Origin: Octopus sinensis
Lineage: Eukaryota
DNA: 45,381 nt
Assembly (NCBI RefSeq): GCF_006345805.1
Contig: NW_021832848.1
Coordinates: forward strand, 1 to 45,381
Direction: 5' to 3'
In this document: one piece after another, positions 1-12,521 of the stretch
Layout: each line of letters opens with the position of its first letter
Numbering within the stretch: the first letter of the stretch is position 1
Notes under the pieces: model-generated
The model's database searches: none
What the model was told of the DNA's origin: nothing
Seen by the model: the letters and a program-made list of their open reading frames with translations, nothing else
Made by a program: the position numbers and the translations under genes

Positions 1-3000
1 TATAAATATTGAAATACATATATATAATTTGTATATATCATACACATATATAATTGTATATATTCATGTGCAAATATATAATTTGTATATATTTATATAC
101 AAATATATAATTTGTATATTTTATATACAAATATATAATTTGTAATATTTAGATTATGTATATAAATATATACAAATTATTATATAATTATATATTCTTG
201 TATATATCTATCTACAAATATACATTTGTATACGTTTATTACATATATATAATTTGTATACGTTTATATACATAAATATACTTTGTATACGTTTATAACA
301 TATATATAATTTGTATACGTTTATATCCATATATATATTTGTATACATTTATATACATATATATAATTTGTATACATTTATATACATATATATAATTTGT
401 ATACATTATATACATATATATATTTGTATACATTTATATACATATATATGATTTGTATACATTTATAGACATTTTATATTTATATATCATTTGTATACAT
501 TTATATACATATATATTAATGTATACATTATATACATATATAATTTGTATACCTTTATATACATATATATAATTTGTATACATTTATATACATATATCTA
601 ATTTGTATACATTTATATACATATATATAATTTGTATACCTTTATATACATATATATAATTTGTATACATATATATAATTTGTATACATATATATAATTT
701 GTATACATATATATAATTTGTATGCATATATATAATTTGTATGCATATTTATAATTTGTATATCTTCATATACATATATGTAATTTGCATATTTTCATAT
801 ACATATATGTAATTTGCATATCTTCATAGACATATATGTAATTTGTATATCTTCATATACATATATGTAATTTGTATATCTTCATATACATATATGTACT
901 TTGTATATATTCATATACATATATGTACTTTGTATATATTCATATACATATATGTACTTTGTATATATTCATATACATATATGTACTTTGTATATATTCA
1001 TATACATATATATACTCTATATATATTCATATACATATATATAATCTGTATATATTCATATACATATATATAATCTGTATATATTCATATACGTATATAT
1101 AATCTCTATATATTCATATACATATATATAATCTGTATATATTCATATACATATATATAATCTGTATATATTCATATACATATATATAATCTGTATATAT
1201 TCATATACATATAAATAATCTGTATATATTCATATACATATATATAATCTGTATATATTCATATACATATATATAATCTGTATATATTCATATACATATA
1301 TATAATTTGTTTATATTCATATACATATATATAACTTGTATATTATCATATACATATAGATTACTTCTATATATCCATATACATATAGATAACTTGTATA
1401 TATTCATATACATATATATAAATTGTATATATTCATATACATATATATAACTTGTACATATTCATATACATATATATAACTTGTATATATTCATATACAT
1501 ATATATAATTTGTATAAATATTCAAATACATATATATAATTTGTATATATTCATACACATATATATAATTTGTATATATTCATATACATATATATAATTT
1601 GTATATATTCATATACAAATATATTATTTGTATATGTTTATAAACAAATATATAATTTGTATACGTTTATATAAATATATATAATTTGTATACATTTATA
1701 TACATATATATAATTTGTATACATTTGTATACATATATATAATTTGTATACATTTATATACATATATATAATTTGTATACATTTATATACATATATATAA
1801 TTTGTATACATTTATATACATATATATAATTTGTATACATTTATATACATATATATAATTTGCAGGCATATATATAAGTTGCATATCTTCATATACATAT
1901 ATATAATTTGCAGGCATATATATAAGTTGCATATCTTCATATACATATATATAATTTGCATATTTTCATATACATATATGTAATTTGCATATTTTCATAG
2001 ACATATATGTAATTTGCATATTGCTATACATATATATAATCTGTATATATTCATATACATATTATAATCTGTATATATTCATATACATATATAATCTGTA
2101 TATATATTCATATACATGTATATAATCTGTATATATTCATACACATGTATATAATCTGTATATCGTTTGTATAAAGTATATAATCTGTATATATTCGTAT
2201 ACATGTATATAATCTGTATATATTCGTATACATGTATATAATCTGTACATATTCGTATACATGTATATAATCTGTACATATTCGTATACATGTATATAAT
2301 CTGTACATATTCGTATACATGTATATAATCTGTACATATTCGTATACATGTATATAATCTGTATATATTCGTATACATGTATATAATCTGTATATATTCA
2401 TATACATGTATATAATCTGTATATATTCATATACATGTATATAATCTGTATATATTCATATACATGTATATAATCTGTATATATTCATATACATGTATAT
2501 AATCTGTATATATTCATATACATATATATAATCTGTATATATTCATATACATATAGATAACTTGTATATTATCATATACATATAGATAACTTGTATATTA
2601 TCATATACATATAGATAACTTGTATATATCCATATGCTTATATATAACTTGTATATATTCATATACATATATATAACTTGTATATATTCATATACATATA
2701 TATAACTTGTATATATTCATATATATATATATAATTTGTATAAATATTCAAATACATATATATAATTTGTATATATTCATAGACATATATATAATTTGTA
2801 TATATTCATATACAAATATATAATTTGTATATATTTATATACAAATATATAATTTGTATATATTTATATATATGTATATAAATATATACAAAATATATAT
2901 ATAATTATATATACTTTGTATATTTTTATCTACAAATATACAATTTGTATACGTTTATATACATATATATAATTTGTATACGTTTATATACATATATATA

Positions 3001-6000
3001 ACTTGTATACGTTTATATACATATATATAACTTGTATACGTTTATATACATATATATAATTTGTATACGTTTATATACATATATATAATTTGTATACGTT
3101 TATATACATATATATAATTTGTATACATTTATATACATATATATAATTTGTATACATTTATATACATATATATAATTTGTATACATTTATATATATATAT
3201 ATAATTTCTATACATTTATATACATATATATAATTTGTATACATTTATATACATATATATAATTTGTATACATTTATATACATATATATAATTTGTATAC
3301 ATTTATATATATATATATAATTTCTATACATTTATATACATATATATAATTTGTATACATTTATATACATATATATAATTTGTATACATATATATATTTT
3401 GTATACATATATATAATTTGTATACATATATATAATTTGTATGCATATATATAATTTGTATGCATATATATAATTTGTATATCTTCATATACATATATGT
3501 AATTTGCATATTTTCATATACATATATGTAATTTGCATATCTTCATAGACATATATGTAATTTGCATATATTCATATACATATATGTACTTTGCATATAT
3601 TCATATACATATATATAATCTGTATATATTCGTATACATGTATATAATCTGTATATGTTCGTATACATGTATATAATCTGCATATATTCGTATACATGTA
3701 TATAATCTGCATATATTCGTATACATGTATATATTCTGCATATATTCGTATACATGTATATAATCTGCATCTATTCGTATACATGTATATAATCTGCATA
3801 TATTCGTATACATGTATATTATCTGCATATATTCGTATACATGTATATAATCTGCATATATTCGTATACATGTGTATAATCTGCATATATTCGTATACAT
3901 GTGTATAATCTGCATATATTCGTATACATGTGTATAATCTGCAATATATCGTATACATGTGTATAATCTGCATATATTCGTATACATGTGTATAATCTGC
4001 ATATATTCTTATACATGTGTATAATCTGCATATATTCATATACATGTGTATAATCTGCATATATTCATATACATGTATATAATCCGCATATATTCATATA
4101 CATGTATATAATCCGCATATATTCATATACATGTATAATCTGCATATATTCGTATACATGTATATAATCTGCATATATTCGTATACATGTGTATAATCTG
4201 CATATATTCGTATACATGTGTATAATCTGCATATATTCGTATACATGTATATAATCTGCATATATTCGTATACATGTGTATAATCTGCATATATTCGTAT
4301 ACATGTGTATAATCTGCATATATTCTTATACATGTGTATAATCTGCATATATTCATATACATGTGTATAATCTGCATATATTCATATACATGTATATAAT
4401 CCGCATATATTCATATACATGTATATAATCCGCATATATTCATATACATGTATATAATCCGCATATATTCATATACATGTATATAATCCGCATATATTCA
4501 TATACATGTATATAATCCGCATATATTCATATACATGTATATAATCCGCATATATTCATATACATGTATATAATCCGCATATATTCATATACATGTATAT
4601 AATCCGCATATATTCATATACATGTATATAATCCGCATATATTCATATACATGTATATAATCCGCATATATTCAATTACATGTATATAATCCGCATATAT
4701 TCATATACATGTATATAATCCGCATATATTCATATACATATATATAATCCGCATATATTCATATACATTTATATAATCTGCATATATTCATATACATATA
4801 TATAATCTGTATATATTCATATACATATATATAATCTGTATATATTCATATACATAATCTGTATATATTCATATACATATATATAATTTGTATATTATCA
4901 TATACATATAGATAATTTGTATATATTCATATACATATAGATAATTTGTATATATCCATATACATATAGATAATTTGTATATATTCATATACATATATAT
5001 AACTTGTATATATTCATATACATATATATAATTTGTATATATATTCATATACATATATATAATTTGTATATATTCATACACATATATATTTTGTATATAT
5101 TCATATACATATATATAATTTGTATATATTTATATACAAATATATAATTTGTATATATTTATATACATATATATAATTTGTATATATTTATATACATATA
5201 TATATTTTGTATATATTTATATACATATATATATTTTGTATATATTTATATATATGTATATAAATATATACAAATTATATATATAATTATATATATTTTG
5301 TATATATTTATATACAAATATACAATGTGTATACGTTTATATACATATATATAATTTGTATACGTTTATATACATATATATAATTTGTATACGTTTATAT
5401 ACATATATATAATTTGTATACATTTATATACATATATATAATTTGTATCCATTTATATACATATATATAATTTGTATCCATTTATATACATATATATAAT
5501 TTGTATGCATATATATAATTTGCATATCTTCATATACATATATATAATTTGCATATTTTCATATACATATATGTAAGTTGCATATTTTCATATACATATA
5601 TGTCATTTGTATATATTCATATACATATATGTAATTTGTATATATTCATATACATATATGTAATTTGTATATATTCATATACATATATGTAAGTTGTATA
5701 TATTCATATACATATAAGTATTTTTTATATATTTATATACATAATTTGTATATATTCATATACATATATATAACTTGCATATAATCATATACGTATATAT
5801 AACTTGTATATATTCATATACATATATATAACTTGTATATATTCATATACATATATATAATTTGTATATATATTCAAATACATATATATAATTTGTATAC
5901 GTTTATATACAAATATATAATTTGTGTACGTTTATATACATATATATAATTTGTATACGTTTATATACATATATATAATTTGTATACGTTTATATACATG

Positions 6001-6678
6001 TATATAATTTGTGTACGTTCATATACATATTTATAATTTGTATCCGTTTATATACATATATATAAATTGTATATATATATACATATATATAATTTGTATG
6101 CATATATATAATTTGTATATATTTGTATGCATATATATAATTTGTATGTATTTACATGCATATATACGGTTTGTATATATTTACATACATATATGCAGTT
6201 TGTATATATTTACATACATATATGCAGTTTGTATATATTTACATACATATATGCAGTTTGTATATATTTACATACATATATGCAGTTTGTATATATTTAC
6301 ATACATATATGCAGTTTGTATATATTTACATACATATATGCAATTTGTATATATTCACATACCTATATGCAATTTGTATATATTTACATACCTATATGCA
6401 ATTTGCATATAATTACATACCTATATGCTATTTGCATATATTTACATACCTATATACAATTTGCATATATTTACATACCTATATACAATTTGCATATATA
6501 TACATTCCTATATACAATTTGCATATATATACATACCTATAGACAAATTGCATATATATACATACCTATATTCAATTTGCATATGTATTCATACCTATAT
6601 ACGATTTGCATATATTTACATACCTATATACAATTTGCATATATTTACATACATATATACAATTTGCATATATACAAT
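1..6678. repeat. AT-rich tandem satellite, ~29-bp monomer (e.g. ATACATATATATAATTTGTATATATTCAT), in homogenised variant blocks; runs off the window start
   Basis: Continuous 29-bp periodicity. Variant blocks include ATACATGTATATAATCTGTATATATTCAT, ATACATGTGTATAATCTGCATATATTCGT and a 19-bp deletion variant. All Y/I/H/C-rich ORFs here are repeat translations. Confidence 0.97.
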
Positions 6679-6883
6679 TGTCTTTAAAGCATACAATGTA
6701 GAGAAAAAAAGAAGATTTGAACACCTGGAGGAAAGCACCATCGAAAAGTGTCTTGGTGCGACTATGAAAGATATCCCCGCAGAAGTAGAGGTAGCCACAC
6801 TTCTACACCAGAGGGAGGACAAAATACAATTGGTCGAATTTGCAAGAGACGGGCCTACAATTCCAGTCTGTTATATATTTTGA
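6679..6883 (+). other. Short unique, coding-like segment (VFKAYNVEKKRRFEHLEESTIEKCLGATMKDIPAEVEVATLLHQREDKIQLVEFARDGPTIPV), identity unknown
   Basis: Open frame of ~65 codons with protein-like composition, directly after the satellite. No family recognised and no clear splice donor. Confidence 0.2.
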
Positions 6884-7009
6884 GTATTGTTATCACTAGC
6901 GATATCAAGATATAACATTGTATTTTGTATTTTATGTGTAAATGTATATATATGTATATATATGTGTTCATGTAATATGAACACATATATATACTCATAT
7001 ATACATGGA

Positions 7010-7139
7010 CTAGCACTATGAAACTAAGAATGTGTATCTGTCTGTCTATGTGAATCCCTATAACTTGAGAACTACACAACCAATTTCATTCAAATTTTAC
7101 ACACACCTTGCTTAGGGTCCACGGAGTGTCAGGAGCAAG
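7010..7139 (+). mobile_element. Probable fragment of a Helentron/HINE (DINE-like) non-autonomous element core
   Basis: (TCTG)n microsatellite followed by AACTACACAACCAATTTCATTCAAATTTTACACA, resembling the core of invertebrate DINE/HINE-like elements. No termini seen. Confidence 0.3.
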
Positions 7140-9506
7140 GCTCTGGGCGCCGTTGGGCTCACTGTCCACGGCTACGAGACCACGGTGAGCGCTACGGCGC
7201 CCAGAGCTCGCTCTGGGCGCCGTTGGGCTCACTGTCCACGGCTACGAGACACGGTGAGCGCTACTGGCGACCAGAGCTCGCTCTGGGCGCCGTTGGGCTC
7301 ACTGTCCACGGCTACGAGACCACGGTGAGCGCTACGGCGACCAGAGCTCGCTCTGGGCGCCGTTGGCTCACTGTCCACGGCTACGAGACACGGTGAGCGC
7401 TACGGCGACCAGAGCTCGCTCTGGGCGCCGTTGGGCTCACTGTCCACGGCCACGAGACAACAGTGAGCGCTACGGCGACCAGAGCTCGCTCTGGGCGCCG
7501 TTGGGCTCACTGTCCACGGCCACGAGACAACAGTGAGCGCTACGGCGACCAGAGCTCGCTCTGGGCGCCGTTGGGCTCACTGTCCACGCTACGAGACCAC
7601 GTGAGCGCTACGGCGACCAGAGCTCGCTCTGGGCGCCGTTGGCTCACTGTCCACGGCTACGAGACCACGTGAGCGCTATGGCGACCAGAGCTCGCTCTGG
7701 GCGCCGTTGGGCTCACTGTCCACGGCCACGAGACAACGGTGAGCGCTACGGCGACCAGAGCTCGCTCTGGGCGCCGTGGGGCTCACTGTCCACGGCTACG
7801 AGACCACGGTGAGCGCTACGGCGACCAGAGCTCGCTCTGGGCGCCGTTGGGCTCATGTCCACGGCTACGAGACCACGGTGAGCGCTATGGCGACCAGAGC
7901 TCGCTCTGGGGCCCGTTGGGCTCACTGTCCACGGCTACGAGACCCGTGAGCGCTACGGCGACCAGAGCTCGCTCTGGGCGCCGTTGGGCTCATGTCCACG
8001 GCTACGAGACCACGTGAGCGCTATGGCGACCAGAGCTCGCTCTGGGCGCCGTTGGGCTCACTGTCCACGGCTACGAGACCACGGTGAGCGCTACGGCGAC
8101 CAGAGCTCGCTCTGGGCGCCGTTGGGCTCACTGTCCACGCTACGAGACACGGTGAGCGCTACGGCGACCAGACTCGCTCTGGCGCCGTTGGGCTCACTGT
8201 CCACGGCCACGAGACAACAGTGAGCGCTACGGCGACCAGAGCTCGCTCTGGGCGCCGTTGGGCTCACTGTCCACGGCCACGAGACAACAGTGAGCGCTAC
8301 GGCGACCAGAGCTCGCTCTGGGCGCCGTTGGGCTCACTGTCCACGGCCACGAGACAACAGTGAGCGCTACGGCGACCAGAGCTCGCTCTGGGCGCCGTTG
8401 GGCTCACTGTCCACGGCCACGAGACAACAGTGAGCGCTACGGCGACCAGAGCTCGCTCTGGGCGCCATTGGGCTCAATGTCCACGGCTACGAGACCACGG
8501 TGAGCGCTACGGCGACCAGAGCTCGCTCTGGGCGCCGTTGGCTCACTGTCCACGGCTACGAGACCACGGTGAGCGCTACGGCGACCAGAGCTCGCTCTGG
8601 GCGCCGTTGGGCTCACTGTCCACGGCTACGAGACACGGTGAGCGCTACGGCGACCAGAGCTCGCTCTGGGCGCCGTTGGGCTCACTGTCCACGGCTACGA
8701 GACCACGGTGAGCGCTACGGCGACCAGAGCTCGCTCTGGGCGCCATTGGGCTCACTGTCCACGGCTACGAGACACGGTGAGCGCTACGGCTACCAGACGC
8801 TCTCGGGCCTGGGCGCCGTGGGGCTCACGTGTCCCCGGCTGACTACTGGACATCAGTACGCGTACGCTAGGCGACCAGAGCTCGCTCTGGGCGCCGTTGG
8901 GCTCACTGTCCACGGCTACGAGACCACGGTGAGCGCTACGGCGACCAGAGCTCGCTCTGGGCGCCGTTGGGCTCACTGTCCACGGCCACGAGACAACAGT
9001 GAGCGCTACGGCGACCAGAGCTCGCTCTGGGCGCCGTTGGGCTCACTGTCCACGGCTACGAGACCACGGTGAGCGCTACGGCGACCAGAGCTCGCTCTGG
9101 GCGCCGTTGGGCTCACTGTCCACGGCTACGAGACCACGGTGAGCGCTACGGCGACCAGAGCTCGCTCTGGGCGCCGTTGGGCTCACTGTCCACGGCTACG
9201 AGACCACGGTGAGCGCTACGGCGACCAGAGCTCGCTCTGGGCGCCGTTGGGCTCACTGTCCACGGCTACGAGACCACAGTGAGCGCTATGGCGACCAGAG
9301 CTCGCTCTGGGCGCCGTTGGGCTCACTGTCCACGGCTACGAGACCACGGTGAGCGCTACGGCGACCAGCTGCTCGCCTGGGCGCCGTTGGGCTCACTGTC
9401 CACGGCTACGAGACCACGGTGAGCGCTACGGCGACCAGAGCTCGCTCTGGGCGCCGTTGGGCTCACTGTCCCGGCTACGAGACCACGGTTGCGTGCGCTA
9501 GCGGCG
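7140..9506 (+). repeat. GC-rich 70-bp tandem repeat, ~33-34 copies, hairpin-forming monomer
   Basis: Unit GGTGAGCGCTACGGCGACCAGAGCTCGCTCTGGGCGCCGTTGGGCTCACTGTCCACGGCTACGAGACCAC. Period 70 (AGACCACGGT at 9061 and 9131); 48/70 G+C; 9 CpG per unit. Confidence 0.97.
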
Positions 9507-9526
9507 TTTGGTCTTACCACTATAAC

Positions 9527-10316
9527 TGGCTGGCTTGGCTTGGCTTGGCTTGGCTTGGCTTGGCTTGGCTTGGCTTGGCTTGGCTTGGCTTGGCTTGGCT
9601 TGGCGCTTGGCTTGGCTGGCTTGGCTTGGCTTGGCTTGGCTTGGCTTGGCTTGGCTTGGCTTGGCGTGGCTTGGCTTGGCTTGGCTTGGCTTGGCTTGGC
9701 TTGGCTTGGCTTGGCTTGGCTTGGCTTGGCTTGGCTTGGCTTGGCTTGGCTTGGCTTGGCTTGGCTTGGCTTGGCTTGGCTTGGCTTGGCTTGGCTTGGC
9801 TTGGCTTGGCTTGGCTTGGCTTGGCTTGGCTTGGCTTGGCTGGCTTGGCTTTGTTGCTTGGCTTGGCTTGGCTTGCTTGGCTGGCTTGGCTTGGCTTGGC
9901 TTGGCTTTGGCTTGGCTTGGCTTGGCTTGCTTGGCTTGGCTTGGCTTGGCTTGGCTTGGCTTGGCTTGGCTTGGCTTGGCTTGGCTTGGCTTGGCTTGGC
10001 TTGGCTTGGCTTGGGCTTGGCTTGGCTTGGCTTGGCTTGGCTTGGCTTGGCTTGGCTTGGGCTTGGCTTGGCTGGCTTGGCTTGGCTTGCTTGGCTTGGC
10101 TTGGCTTGGCTTGGCTTGCTTGGCTTGGCTTGGCTTGGCTTGGCTTGGCTTGGCTTGGCTTGGCTTGGCTTGGCTTGGCTTGGCTTGGCTTGGCTTTGCT
10201 TGGCTTGGCTTGGCTGGCTTGGCTTGGCTTGGCTTGGCTGCTGGCTTGGCTTGGCTTGGCTTGGCTTGGCTTGGCTTGGCTTGGCTTGGCTTGGCTTGGC
10301 TTGGCTTGGCTTGGCT
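9527..10316. repeat. (TTGGC)n pentanucleotide microsatellite, ~790 bp
   Basis: Nearly pure TTGGC run. The AWLGL/AKPSQ ORFs are its translations. Confidence 0.98.
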
Positions 10317-11168
10317 ACATAGAGAAATATAGCGTGAAGGCAGCATATAAAAAAAAAACAAAAAAAAAAAAACAACCCTTCAGTTGTTGGCAGTTTTACT
10401 TACTCCGCATTGCAACAAGATGTGTCTTCGTTAAAGCAATTGCTCTCCCAAAGCAAATTAGATAAAATTTGACATACGTGGAACGTCAAAGCTGCTAACA
10501 AAATCAGGACAGTCAAAATTTTCGCTAAGGGCTGTTTAACCCTAACGAGGTGACATGGTGAACGCTGCAGAAAGAAAGCTTTGTCAAGAGACAGACGGGA
10601 ATGCATGAACGAAAAGAAAAAGAATTACATTTAGAAATAGATCTATAGTTATTGAGGACAGAATTTCTGTTAGAAATAGAGAACTATAAATATTGAATTA
10701 TGCATAAAGCGCTGACTTACATTCGGGGCTTCCAATTTCTCTGTAAAATATAAGATTGTCGCAAAATCATCGCACATGTCACCATCGATTACAAATGCCG
10801 GTGGAAGATAAACGTTCCAGAGGACATTCTTGTTCTTTCGTTCGTACAAGGATCGTATTATGTTTCGGCTTAAATAAATTATAGATACAAATATAATGTA
10901 TAGAAATATATAAAAACCAGAATAGAAAATAAACGTCTTAGGCATATAAAATGAGATAACATGAGATATCAAGGTGTTTTAAACTTGAAACTTACTAGAA
11001 TATCATAGATTATATATATCAAGTCATCCAGTCAGTTCTGTCCAATTTTACTGTTTTTTAGATTTGAATGAAATTTAATAGTATTTGCAAATGTCTAATT
11101 CAATTAAAAATTATTTTTATGCATTTGTGTACGTTTAAACTAATTCAATATTGTTTTACAAAATAATA

Positions 11169-12490
11169 GACGGTGTCCACAAAGACTGCGTACATGGGAA
11201 TTAACACATACTTTTAAAACAAAACAATTTTATTTTTATAATGTTAATATAATATTTTCAAAGTGATTTCCATCATTTTCAATGCATAACTTGATGCGCC
11301 TTGCAAAATTCAGGTGAACTTGATTAAATAAGTCTACATTGCCATCAATTTAAGCACACTGACTGGTAATGCGTTCTCTCGTGTGTTTTAAATCTGTAAT
11401 CTTTATTGAGTAAACTTTCTCTTTCAACATACCCCAGAAAAGAAATCAAGGGGAGAAAGGTCTGGTGAACGAGGGGACCATTCCATATGACCCCTTCTTC
11501 CAATCTAGTGAGGAGGAAAAGTGTCATTAAATCAATCTCTAACAGTTGTGGCAAAATGGGTAGGGGCCCCATCCTGCTGAAACCAATTCGGAAGGCCCTC
11601 GCCTAGGCGCTCAATTTAAGATATTAATTTGTCTCTCAATATATTTGCATAAGTCTCATCCGTTACATGTTCAATGAAGAAGGTCCTAGAACATGAGCTT
11701 CCAAAAACCACACCACACCATCACCTTTTGCTGTCTTGCTGTTTGGATAGATCCATCCAATGTGGATTACCTCGAGACCAGTATAGAAGATTCTGTCTGT
11801 TGACCTCACCATTTACATAAAACGTAGCTTTGTCACTGAACAACACAAAGTTTTTCGTAAAATTGATATTTTCATCCAATTTATCTGAAAACCATTCGCA
11901 CGTCTACATTCGCCTATCAGGATCGTCTTCATTTAAGTGATGCAATATCTGTAGGTTGTATCGATGAAACTTTTCCTCAACCAGCATTTTGTGGATGGTT
12001 GGTTTTGGAACACCTAACACCGTAGATGTCCGACGAAGTGATTTTTGGGGGCTAGCTAGCAGAAACTTTAGCCTCGACAGCCTCTTTAGTTTCATCTGAA
12101 GTCTTTGGTCGCCCGGAACGGGGTTTATCCGAAACACTGCCTGTTTCTTTAAATGTCTTGATCAATTTCCTGACGGCAGTAAAATAAATAGGTTGCCTAC
12201 AAGGGTGTGGAAGATTAAATTCTTCCGCAATTTTGCGATAAGACCATCCCTCTCGTCCACTTAATAATACTAACTCGATTCTTTCTTCTTTAGACAGATT
12301 CATCATTCGATCTGGGATTCTTCTTTCTTCTTTAGACAGAGCCATCATTCGATCATCTGTAGAAAAAATAACAATAAATTTAGAAAAGTAAAGTATTTTT
12401 TTTATTTAATTTAAACAAAAGTAAAAAAGGAAAATTATTATTTCTTATGTTATGATTTTATTCCATAAACCCAGACTTCGTGACACACCC
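11169..12490 (-). mobile_element. Tc1/mariner superfamily DD41D (rosa-like) element, ~1.32 kb, decayed
   Basis: Degenerate TIRs (GACGGTGTCCACAAAGACTG / CAGACTTCGTGACACACCC) each flanked by TA; transposase remnants on the minus strand. Confidence 0.75.
11240..12348 (-). pseudogene. DD41D transposase pseudogene
   Basis: HTH region (KTFKETGSVSDKPRSGRPKT); FSDKATF; WFQQDGAPTH...WSPRSPDLSPLDFF. Hand count gives 41 residues between the QQD aspartate and the PLD aspartate. Trp codons mutated to TGA/TAG. Confidence 0.85.
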
Positions 12491-12521
12491 TAAAATTGCT
12501 TTGATTAAAACCCCTTTCAAC

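Noticed and set aside
843-6687. Many Y/I/H/C-rich ORFs up to 186 aa
   Set aside because: They are translations of the 29-bp satellite, in several frames on both strands.
7140-9506. 70-bp array as a CRISPR array or as protein-coding repeats
   Set aside because: There are no unique spacers and no cas genes. The unit length is not a multiple of 3, so the frame shifts each unit.
7140-9506. Hammerhead or other self-cleaving ribozyme in the 70-bp monomer
   Set aside because: No CUGANGA/GAAA core on either strand; only a simple long hairpin is evident.
9356-10465. ORFs of 265-348 aa (AKPSQ / AWLGL repeats)
   Set aside because: Stop-free readings of (TTGGC)n.
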